The notes below the pieces were generated by a model. It was not told the DNA's origin and searched no databases. It saw only the letters and a program-made list of their open reading frames with translations. 24,000 nucleotides of DNA from Floridaenema flaviceps BLCC-F50 (GTDB lineage Bacteria; Cyanobacteriota; Cyanobacteriia; Cyanobacteriales; Aerosakkonemataceae), in NCBI RefSeq assembly GCF_041929275.1, contig NZ_JBHFNR010000053.1, one strand, 5' to 3'. Position 1 is the stretch's first letter. Each line of letters starts with the position of its first letter. Positions 9,933 to 17,012 of this stretch are shown here, piece by piece. The position numbers and the translations under genes were made by a program.

Positions 9933-9976
9933 AGTGCCGATTTATTTAGCTGCAATCATGCACTGACATCGGCACT
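9933..9976. repeat. Inverted repeat (9-bp stem AGTGCCGAT / ATCGGCACT, 26-nt loop) just downstream of exbB
   Basis: Read directly from the sequence. It begins 17 nt after the exbB stop. A terminator or processing role is possible, but the loop is long and no T-tract follows. Confidence 0.3.
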
Positions 9977-10121
9977 AAGCTGTTAATCATTTAAATTTCT
10001 TGTTCAGGCAGCAGGCGGCAGCGGGGCGGGTTTTTCGCAAATTTCCCAGGCAAATTAAATTCCTCCCAGCTTGAGCAAAAATCTTGTTTCAGTACTCTTT
10101 AGTTAGGTGATTTTTGTAGCA

Positions 10122-10820
10122 ATGAAAATAAATTTGGATAATTCATCTGATGAAGCTAGAATAGAAATTCTGCCACTAATTGATGTAATATTTTGTATAC
10201 TCACTTTCTTTTTGTTGGCAGCTGTGGGTTTAACGAGACAACAAGCAATTACTGTTGATTTGCCTCAAGCCAGTAACGCGACTACACCACAAATAGCTTC
10301 TAGATTATTGGTCAGCATTAATCCCTACAATCAAATTTATGTAGAAAATCAGTTAGTAACTCCAGAACAATTAGAAGAAAAATTGCGGGAATTTAATCAA
10401 AGAAATCCCGAAGGAATAATGGTTTTATACGCTTCCAAAACAGCTTTTTATAATGATGTAGTGCAAGTTTTGGATAAAATGCAGGCTGTGGGAGGCGATC
10501 GCGTAGCCTTAGCCACTTTACCCGAACCGGAAACCTCAGAGCAAATTCCCGGTGCAGTCTCTCCACAACCCACCCCAGGTACAGGCATTCCAGGTGTCGT
10601 AACTCCCGGAACACTCCCCACCCCCACCCCTGATGCCGGAGTACCCGGAGCTCTCCCCATTCCCGCACCTGGTACACAAGTACCCGGAACGCTTCCCACC
10701 CCAGGCGCACAAGTACCCGGAACGCTTCCCACTCCCACACCGGGCGCACAAGTACCTGGAACTACTCCCCCTGGAACTGCTACTCCTGGCGTGACTCCAG
10801 AGAGATCGCGATCGCGTTAA
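10122..10820 (+). CDS. exbD: ExbD/TolR biopolymer transport protein with a proline-rich repetitive C-terminal tail
   Basis: From the ATG at 10122: MKINLDNSSDEARIEILPLIDVIFCILTFFLLAA, the ExbD TM signature. A periplasmic domain follows (LLVSINPYNQIYVENQ...YNDVVQVLDKMQAVGGDRVALAT). The tail is about 90 aa of P/G/T repeats (GAQVPGTLPTP units). The track start at 10107 is a GTG 5 codons upstream. Confidence 0.8.
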   Translation: MKINLDNSSDEARIEILPLIDVIFCILTFFLLAAVGLTRQQAITVDLPQASNATTPQIASRLLVSINPYNQIYVENQLVTPEQLEEKLREFNQRNPEGIMVLYASKTAFYNDVVQVLDKMQAVGGDRVALATLPEPETSEQIPGAVSPQPTPGTGIPGVVTPGTLPTPTPDAGVPGALPIPAPGTQVPGTLPTPGAQVPGTLPTPTPGAQVPGTTPPGTATPGVTPERSRSR

Positions 10821-10824
10821 AGAG

Positions 10825-10862
10825 ATGGGGGGATGGGGGGATGGGGGGATGGGGGGATGGGG
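10825..10862 (+). repeat. (ATGGGGGG)x4 + ATGGGG tandem repeat; canonical G-quadruplex-forming motif
   Basis: Four runs of 6 G and one of 4 G, separated by AT. The repeat starts 5 nt after the exbD stop codon. Confidence 0.9.
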
Positions 10863-11061
10863 AAAAAATTTTAACTAACTACCTCCCTACCTCTTCTTCC
10901 GAGTCGCCAATTCCAACTCAAAACTCAAAACTTTCTTATTTGTACCTTCAGATGGATTAATGTTTACACCAATTTGTAGAGGAAGTTTAGAACCTAGCAA
11001 TTTAACGTGATTATTGTGGTGAATTTTGCCAGCCACAGATAAGATCGGAGGTAAATTAAAT

Positions 11062-11418
11062 ATGGATTTTATTGATCTGTTAATTGCTTGGATAGTTAGC
11101 GCTTCTAGTTTGCTAATTATTACTAGATTGCCTGTTGGTGTAGAAATTGATAGTCCTGGGAAAGCTTACATTTCGGCAGCAGTTATTGGTGTGGTAGCTG
11201 CTATTGTTAGACCAATTTTAGGGTTGTTTTTCTTTATTCCTAACTTGGTGACATTTAACTTGTTTTCGGGAATTACCACATTTATTATTGCGGCTGTTAC
11301 TTTTGCGATCGCAGCCTCGGTAGTCCAAGGTTTTCGCCTACGCGCTGGTCTTTGGAGCGCCGTTATTGGAGCCTTAGCACTCTCCTTAGTCAGCAATTTA
11401 ATTTACAGCGTTTTGTAA
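11062..11418 (+). CDS. Phage holin family 4 / DUF360 (YvlD-like) four-TM membrane protein
   Basis: The ATG at 11062 is preceded by GGAGG at 11047-11051. The sequence LLIAWIVSASSLLIITRLPVGVEIDSPGKAYISAAVIGVVAAIVRPIL...GLWSAVIGALALSLVSNLI matches the family pattern (VxGfxvdgfwsAllgAlvLslvn). Confidence 0.6.
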   Translation: MDFIDLLIAWIVSASSLLIITRLPVGVEIDSPGKAYISAAVIGVVAAIVRPILGLFFFIPNLVTFNLFSGITTFIIAAVTFAIAASVVQGFRLRAGLWSAVIGALALSLVSNLIYSVL

Positions 11419-11495
11419 TTTCAATAAATCGGAAAAGAACCTGACTATTTTAGTTAGGGACTGACAAATAAAAAATATCCAAATGCTTTTTGTAG

Positions 11496-11541
11496 GGCAG
11501 GCATCTTGCCTGCCATTGCTTTTGGGCGGGCTCTCCTGCCC
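11496..11541. repeat. Cyanobacterial dispersed hairpin repeat (GGCAGGCA-TCT-TGCCTGCC, then GGGCGG-GCTCTC-CTGCCC)
   Basis: A perfect 8-bp stem at 11496-11514 and an imperfect second hairpin at 11524-41. A related copy in inverted orientation lies at 19019-19037. It sits downstream of the holin-like gene and may act as a terminator. Confidence 0.6.
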
Positions 11542-11672
11542 ACCCCACAAGACAAGATTGGATCATTCCATCGGACTCAGCTTATATCCGTAAATTTACT
11601 CATTCGGCATTACCTATCGGTGGCATAAAATAAAAGCGATGCAGAGAAATTTTGGTTGAGAGAATCACCAGT

Positions 11673-13595
11673 ATGGGCTGCTATTGCTTGAATCCTGATT
11701 GCCAAAAACCTGTAAATCTTGATAATGCAAGGTTTTGCCAAAGCTGTGGGTCGAAGTTACGGCTGAAAGACCGCTATGTTGTAACACAACCTTTGGGGAA
11801 AGGAGGATTTGGTAAAACCTTTTTAGCAGTGGATGAACAAAGTAGAATTAGCTGTGTCATTAAGCAACTTTTACCCGAACATCAAGGAAACTTAAAAGTT
11901 AAAGAACTTTTTGAAAGAGAAGCAACCCAACTAGCTGAATTAGGTACTCATCCTCAGATTCCTACTTGGTTTGACAACTTTGAGCAAGGTCTAGAAAAAG
12001 CTGGGCAACAAGCTAATTTTTCAAATCAAAAATATTTATATATAGTGCTTGAGTTGATCGAAGGGCAGAATTTGCTTAAAGAGTTAGAACAGAGCGGAAA
12101 TTTTAATGAAAAAAAGATTAGAGAATTTCTCAAAGATATACTACCAGTTCTTAAGTTTATCCATGATAAAAATGTCATTCACCGGCATATTAAGCCGGAG
12201 AATATCATGCGTAGAAACAGCGACGGCAAATTGGTGCTAATTGACTTTGGAGGTGTCAAGGAATTCACCCAAACTAATATGGGTAAAACAGGCTTAACTG
12301 GATTACATACACCGGGGTACGCACCAAATGAACAAATAAGAGGTAAGGTTTATCCATCTAGCGATTTATACTGTCTGGGTGCAACTTGTATTCATCTTTT
12401 GACGGGAATCAAGCCGGATGACGATGAGATTTATAATGCTTTTGAAGATCGCTTAATGTGGCGCGAGGCTTTGGCAAAGGGACGCATAACTATTAGCCCT
12501 CACTTGATTCAAGTTTTAGATAAGCTACTTGAGAACTTAGTGCGCGATCGATATCAATCAGCAGATGAGGTAATTAAAGAATTTATACCAGAAGTTAGAT
12601 TAAGTCAATCCAGTTTGACATTTACAGCTACAAAAATAAATCAAATACTGACTCAAACAATAAAAATTACTAACTCTATTCCTGATACTCTCTTAGAAGG
12701 TAGATGGGAAGTAGCACCGCATCCCAACGATCCACCGCATACGCCAAATTCCCATGCTTGGATTTCCTTTTCACCTGCTCAGTTTGCAAGTAATCAAATT
12801 GATTGCAAAATTACCGTAGATACTAGCAAGTTACAGGCAGATCAAGCGGGTGATAGGCAGATTTTATTGTATACCAATTCATCGCCAGATACTTATACGT
12901 TAACGATTAAAGTTCAAACGGCTCCACTTCCTATTGAAACTGGAAAATTACTTTATATTTATCTTTATCTTTCTATATTGTTTATAATTTCTTTTGCTGT
13001 AGCTTGGATTAGAACTTGGCTTATAGTCGCACTTGGGGAAGCTGCGGCTCAGTATTATGGAATTACTGAGGGTTGGACGCTTATAGCTGTAGTTTATTGG
13101 GCTGGGGCTGTGATTGGGGGTATTACGGGTAAGCCTGAAGATGGTTCTGTTGCTTGGATTGGAAGTTTATTAAGGGCTCTGGTTGGAGTTGTGACTGGAA
13201 TTATGATTTTACCAGCGGCTATATTTTTAGCCGGGTTCGCGGCTGGGGCTGGGGCTGCGGCTATGCCTGTGGTGGCTGTGGCTATGGCTGTGGTTGCGGC
13301 TGTGGTTATGACTGTGGTTGCGGCTGTCGGTGGATATCTAGTAATAGCATACAATATTATTTTGCAACAAAAAGTTAATAAATTTTTTTCTATATTAATT
13401 GTGCCACTACTGACAGTAGGATTAGGAATTAGCTTAGGACTTGGCTTTACAGTTGGATTTTTGAATCCATCGATAATATTGGCTCTAGCAGGAACAGGTT
13501 TACCATTAGCAACAATGATTTTGTATCCAATTTTAAGACAAAGAAAACTTATCGCAAAATATCAACAATCTCAACAACATTTGATTAAGCCTTAG
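11673..13595 (+). CDS. Zinc-ribbon / Ser-Thr protein kinase-like / beta-rich domain / polytopic membrane protein; the catalytic loop reads HRH instead of HRD (predicted pseudokinase)
   Basis: From the ATG at 11673: MGCYCLNPDCQKPVNLDNARFCQSCGSKL, a 4-Cys ribbon. Kinase motifs present are LGKGGFGKTF, CVIKQL, IDFG and TPGYAPNEQ. The catalytic loop is VIHRHIKPEN, with codon CAT at 12187-12189. The C-terminal roughly 220 aa is A/V/G-rich with multiple TM helices. Confidence 0.8.
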   Translation: MGCYCLNPDCQKPVNLDNARFCQSCGSKLRLKDRYVVTQPLGKGGFGKTFLAVDEQSRISCVIKQLLPEHQGNLKVKELFEREATQLAELGTHPQIPTWFDNFEQGLEKAGQQANFSNQKYLYIVLELIEGQNLLKELEQSGNFNEKKIREFLKDILPVLKFIHDKNVIHRHIKPENIMRRNSDGKLVLIDFGGVKEFTQTNMGKTGLTGLHTPGYAPNEQIRGKVYPSSDLYCLGATCIHLLTGIKPDDDEIYNAFEDRLMWREALAKGRITISPHLIQVLDKLLENLVRDRYQSADEVIKEFIPEVRLSQSSLTFTATKINQILTQTIKITNSIPDTLLEGRWEVAPHPNDPPHTPNSHAWISFSPAQFASNQIDCKITVDTSKLQADQAGDRQILLYTNSSPDTYTLTIKVQTAPLPIETGKLLYIYLYLSILFIISFAVAWIRTWLIVALGEAAAQYYGITEGWTLIAVVYWAGAVIGGITGKPEDGSVAWIGSLLRALVGVVTGIMILPAAIFLAGFAAGAGAAAMPVVAVAMAVVAAVVMTVVAAVGGYLVIAYNIILQQKVNKFFSILIVPLLTVGLGISLGLGFTVGFLNPSIILALAGTGLPLATMILYPILRQRKLIAKYQQSQQHLIKP

Positions 13596-13605
13596 TGAGG
13601 ATTAC

Positions 13606-13950
13606 ATGGCTGAATTGCCAGAGGAAACAATTACAACCATACTAGATTTAATAGGAAGGCTTGCCAAGCTGATTAATCAAGCAGCAGCAACAGAGTTATC
13701 TATTTTTGAACGTTTTGGAGAAACAGAGGCAACTGCTTCCGTTTTAGAACAACTGCCGAATATTAGAGAAAGGGCAACATCTTCCTATTCACGTCTTTCT
13801 AACCTACTACTGCGAGTCTCAGAATTCCAACCCATAGCTCCTCCTGCTACATTGGAATTACTGGCGCAAACAATTGAACAAGCTGAAGCTACTGCTGATG
13901 CTGGAGAAGCGACTGTCCGAGAAGCTAAAAGTGATTGGAACCTATTATGA
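13606..13950 (+). CDS. Hypothetical helical protein (114 aa)
   Basis: The ATG lies 10 nt after the kinase-like gene stop, with GAGGA 4 nt upstream. The sequence is Ala/Glu/Leu-rich. No family recognised. Confidence 0.55.
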   Translation: MAELPEETITTILDLIGRLAKLINQAAATELSIFERFGETEATASVLEQLPNIRERATSSYSRLSNLLLRVSEFQPIAPPATLELLAQTIEQAEATADAGEATVREAKSDWNLL

Positions 13951-14150
13951 CTCAACAACCGCCCCTTCCCGACCCGGAAAAAGTCAAGCAAACTGTTGCT
14001 AGAATGCGCGAAGTCTGTCGCCAATTTGATAACGTTAATCTGGCACTTGATGAACTGATTGCCCAAATAGAAGCAGATATTCGGAATAGCCCGTTAACTG
14101 CTTACCGCTTGGGAAAAATGAAACCTGTGATTAAATCTGATCAAGTATGA
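13947..14150 (+). CDS. Hypothetical small protein (67 aa)
   Basis: The ATG at 13947 overlaps the upstream TGA (ATGA overlap at 13947-13950). The track start at 13935 is a TTG 4 codons upstream. No family recognised, and it is not HicA-like. Confidence 0.5.
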   Translation: MTQQPPLPDPEKVKQTVARMREVCRQFDNVNLALDELIAQIEADIRNSPLTAYRLGKMKPVIKSDQV

Positions 14151-14368
14151 AAGATTATCACATTAATGTCTTCTACAAAGAAGAAGATGAAGGTTATATT
14201 GCCGATATCCCTGACTTAAAAAAGTGTTCTGCTTTTGGTGAAACACCAGAAGAAGCATTGCGTGAAGCGCTGATTGCTAAAGCAGCGTGGTTGGAAACAG
14301 CGAAAGCTGAACAAAAACCGATTCCTCTGCCTAGATATCGACCTGCTATATACCAAGTGGGAATATAA
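14147..14368 (+). CDS. hicB: HicB-like (UPF0150) antitoxin-family protein
   Basis: MKDYHINVFYKEEDEGYIADIPDLKKCSAFGETPEEALREALIAKAAWLE matches the HicB N-terminal fold signature (YxaxvPdLpGCxaxGeTxEEAlxna). Its start overlaps the upstream stop (ATGA at 14147-14150). Confidence 0.7.
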   Translation: MKDYHINVFYKEEDEGYIADIPDLKKCSAFGETPEEALREALIAKAAWLETAKAEQKPIPLPRYRPAIYQVGI

Positions 14369-14378
14369 AATTATCTTT

Positions 14379-14435
14379 CAGCAAACTGTTACTAGAATGC
14401 GCTATGTCTGTAGCATATTTGTACTTAATGGCTAG
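14379..14435 (+). pseudogene. Decayed duplicate of the 5' part of the 67-aa gene
   Basis: AGCAAACTGTTaCTAGAATGCGCtAtGTCTGTaGCatATTTG (14380-14421) aligns with AGCAAACTGTTgCTAGAATGCGCgAaGTCTGTcGCcAaTTTG (13987-14028) at roughly 80% identity. It translates as QQTVTRMRYVCSIFVLNG-stop, against KQTVARMREVCRQFDNVN in the intact gene. Confidence 0.55.
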
Positions 14436-14651
14436 CGATAGGTGAAAAAATTAACTTTTTATTTATATCTTAACTTTTTCCTAATATTGCTTAAATGATT
14501 GATATGATTTAGCTAAATGTTTGTTGGGCAACATTTTAATTGGCTGATAATTAATAGAATAGCATTTGGTTCCTGAAAACACCTTTACTTATTAAGGGGT
14601 AGGAGCTAAAAATTAAGAAAGATAAAAGAAAGCCGAATTACATAACCCCAG

Positions 14652-16757
14652 ATGATCCAAAATTTATACATCGCAGCAATTGAAGCAGGCAGTGGTAAAT
14701 CACTTGTCCTCCTGGGACTAATGGAATTGCTATCGAAGCGTATTCGCCGACTCGGTTTTTTTCGTCCAGTCATTCATGCTGGGCAAAAGCAAGATAACGA
14801 TATCAATTTGATCCGTAAGCGTTACCATCTGGAAATTGAGTACGAATCTCAGTATGGGCTAACACATCAACAAGCGCAAGATTTAGTCGCAGATGGGCAT
14901 TATGATGAACTAATCAAACAGGTAATTGAAAAATACAAAGCTTTAGAAAAACATTGCGATTTCATCCTTTGTGAAGGAATTGATTCTACAGAAATCGATC
15001 CGGCATTTGTTGACAATTTTGATACAAGAATTGCCAATCATTTAGCCGCCCCAATTTTAATTGTGGCAAATGGGCAAGGTAAAACTCCAGAGGAAGTAGT
15101 TAATGCAGTTCGCACCGAACGCGAAGCTTTCATGGAACAGGGATGTACAATTGCTGCCATAATGGTTAATTTAGTACATCCCGATCGCTTAGAAGCAGTC
15201 ACTCAACAGTTAGAAAATCTTTGGATTTATGAAGACCCTGTATTTGTTTTACCTGAAAAAGAAACTCTAGGTAAACCAACAGTTATAGAAGTTGCTCAAG
15301 CAATTAATGGCAAATTAGTATATGGGTCGGAAAACCAACTAAATCGAGAAGTTTTAAGCTATAAAGTAGCGGCAATGCAAGTACCAAACTTTCTCGATCA
15401 TGTGCGGGAAGGTGGATTGATTATTACGGCTGGCGATCGCGCTGATATAATATTAGGATGTTTGGCTACTACCTTCTCAGTAAATTATCCTAAAATTGCC
15501 GGAATGATTTTAACTGGTGGGTTTGATATGGCTCCCCAAGTTAAGAAATTGTTGGAAGGTTTCCGCAAATTTAATACCCCAATTTTTAGCGTGGAAACTG
15601 ATACTTACGAAACGGCGAAGTTGGTTAGTTTAGTTCATGCGGAAATTACCCCAGATAATCAAAGAAAAATCGCTTCCGCCTTGGGATTATTTGAATCTCA
15701 TGTAGATTTAATAAAACTAGAAAAACGGATCTCGGTGACTCGATCGACTAGAATTACGCCGATCATGTTTGAGTATGAATTAATCGAGCGTGCCAAGGCG
15801 AAAAAGCAACATATTGTGTTTCCTGAAGGTGCAGACGATCGAATTTTACGGGCAGCAGAAATTCTCTTACGCCGACGAGTTGTAGATATTACTCTCTTAG
15901 GAAACGAACAGGAAATCAAAGAAAAAATCTCTCTTTTAGGGTTGAATTTGAAATCAGTAAATATCCTCGATCCTTTGCAATCTGAATGGCAAGATGAGTA
16001 CGTCCAAACTTATTGGGAGTTACGAAAACACAAAGGAATTACTGAAGAATTCGCCAGAGATGCCATGCACGATTTTAGTTATTTTGGCACAATGATGGTG
16101 TACAAAGGAGCCGCAGATGGCATGGTATCTGGCGCTGTGCATACAACTGCCCATACCATTCGTCCGGCATTAGAATTTATTCGGACTGTTCCGGGTTGTT
16201 CGATCGTTTCCAGTGTATTTTTAATGTGTTTAGCCGACCAAGTTTTAGTCTATGGAGATTGTGCCGTAAATCCCAATCCTTCCCCCGAACAATTAGCCGA
16301 TATTGCCATTAGTTCGGCAACTACCGCCCAAACTTTTGGTATTGAACCTTTTGTGGCGATGTTATCTTATTCTACAGGTGATTCTGGTCACGGAGCAGAT
16401 GTAGATAAAGTGAAAGAAGCTACTTGTATTGCCAGAGAAAAACGCCCGGATTTAAAAATAGAAGGACCGATTCAATACGATGCAGCAATTGATAGTTCGG
16501 TAGCGAAAACTAAACTACCAACTAGTGAGGTTGCCGGACACGCAACTGTATTTATTTTCCCCGATTTAAACACCGGAAATAATACTTATAAAGCAGTACA
16601 GCGATCGGCAAATGCAGTAGCGATCGGTCCGGTTTTACAAGGTTTGAAAAAACCCGTAAATGACTTAAGTCGCGGTTGTACAGTCACCGATATTGTGAAC
16701 ACAGTAGCGATTACTGCTATTCAAGCACAAACAACATCGTTCGTTGTTCCGACTTAA
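14652..16757 (+). CDS. pta: Phosphate acetyltransferase, long form (N-terminal P-loop-like/DRTGG region plus C-terminal PTA_PTB domain)
   Basis: 701 aa. The N-terminus is LYIAAIEAGSGKSLVLLGLMELL. The C-terminal catalytic half includes IVFPEGADDRILRAAEILL, GAADGMVSGAVHTTAHTIRPAL, YGDCAVNPNP, FIFPDLNTGNNTYK and VNDLSRGCTVTDIVNTVAITAIQAQ. Confidence 0.9.
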   Translation: MIQNLYIAAIEAGSGKSLVLLGLMELLSKRIRRLGFFRPVIHAGQKQDNDINLIRKRYHLEIEYESQYGLTHQQAQDLVADGHYDELIKQVIEKYKALEKHCDFILCEGIDSTEIDPAFVDNFDTRIANHLAAPILIVANGQGKTPEEVVNAVRTEREAFMEQGCTIAAIMVNLVHPDRLEAVTQQLENLWIYEDPVFVLPEKETLGKPTVIEVAQAINGKLVYGSENQLNREVLSYKVAAMQVPNFLDHVREGGLIITAGDRADIILGCLATTFSVNYPKIAGMILTGGFDMAPQVKKLLEGFRKFNTPIFSVETDTYETAKLVSLVHAEITPDNQRKIASALGLFESHVDLIKLEKRISVTRSTRITPIMFEYELIERAKAKKQHIVFPEGADDRILRAAEILLRRRVVDITLLGNEQEIKEKISLLGLNLKSVNILDPLQSEWQDEYVQTYWELRKHKGITEEFARDAMHDFSYFGTMMVYKGAADGMVSGAVHTTAHTIRPALEFIRTVPGCSIVSSVFLMCLADQVLVYGDCAVNPNPSPEQLADIAISSATTAQTFGIEPFVAMLSYSTGDSGHGADVDKVKEATCIAREKRPDLKIEGPIQYDAAIDSSVAKTKLPTSEVAGHATVFIFPDLNTGNNTYKAVQRSANAVAIGPVLQGLKKPVNDLSRGCTVTDIVNTVAITAIQAQTTSFVVPT

Positions 16758-16959
16758 GTCGGAATCGCGCTAAAGCGCCTACAACAAACAACATCGTTCG
16801 TTGTTCCGACTTCAGTCGGAGTAGCGCTAAAGCGCCTACAACAAACAACATCGTTCGTTGTTCCGACTTCAGTCGGAATCGCGCTAAAGCGCCTACAACA
16901 AACAACATCGTTCGTTGTTCCGACTTCAGTCGGAGTAGCGCTAAAGCGCAACAACGAAC
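16728..16959. repeat. Tandem array of 4 x 57-nt units, each holding three short hairpins; the units alternate between two variants (a 114-nt higher-order repeat x2)
   Basis: AACAACATCG recurs at 16731, 16788, 16845 and 16902, an exact 57-nt period. Each unit holds AACAAC-ATCGTTC-GTTGTT, CCGACT-TC-AGTCGG and GCGC-TAAA-GCGC. Variants alternate GGAATCGCGC and GGAGTAGCGC. The array begins inside the last codons of pta. Confidence 0.9.
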
Positions 16960-17012
16960 CCAAAATTCCCTAAAATCTGTAGGATAATAATATGCCCAAA
17001 ATTGAGTAATTT

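Noticed and set aside
10393-10751. Three minus-strand ORFs (118, 96 and 71 aa) in the exbD 3' region
   Set aside because: They are antisense translations of the proline-rich tandem repeats (G/W/V/R-rich low complexity).
10122-10820. Reading the Pro-rich ExbD protein as a TonB or an ExbD-TonB fusion
   Set aside because: The protein ends right after the Pro-rich tract (...TPERSRSR). There is no TonB C-terminal domain, so only a resemblance to the TonB spacer can be claimed.
11166-11396. 76-aa minus-strand ORF
   Set aside because: It is antisense to the holin-4/DUF360 gene.
13094-13378. ORFs 13094-13354 (-) and 13154-13378 (+) with A/T/P-rich or C/G-rich repetitive proteins
   Set aside because: They are alternative-frame or antisense readings of the cryptically repetitive GCTGTGGTT-type DNA that encodes the Ala/Val-rich TM helices of the kinase-like protein.
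13785-14066. 93-aa minus-strand ORF
   Set aside because: It is antisense across the junction of two translationally coupled plus-strand genes.
13947-14150. The 67-aa protein as the HicA toxin partner of hicB
   Set aside because: The sequence (MTQQPPLPDPEKVKQTVARMREVCRQF...) lacks the HicA pattern as I know it, a small dsRBD-like fold with a conserved Gly-Ser-His. It is predicted helical instead.
15698-15919. 73-aa minus-strand ORF
   Set aside because: It is antisense to pta.
16728-16959. Possible CRISPR array, suggested by the regular repeats with hairpins
   Set aside because: The units are contiguous and the whole 57 nt repeats. There are no unique spacers, so this is a tandem repeat and not a repeat-spacer array.
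16676-16987. ORFs of 103, 63 and 69 aa (16676-16987 +, 16717-16908 -, 16754-16963 -) with internally repetitive proteins
   Set aside because: All three are read-throughs of the 57-nt tandem repeat, which is 19 codons and so stays open in several frames. Their sequences are just the repeat translated, with no independent start context.
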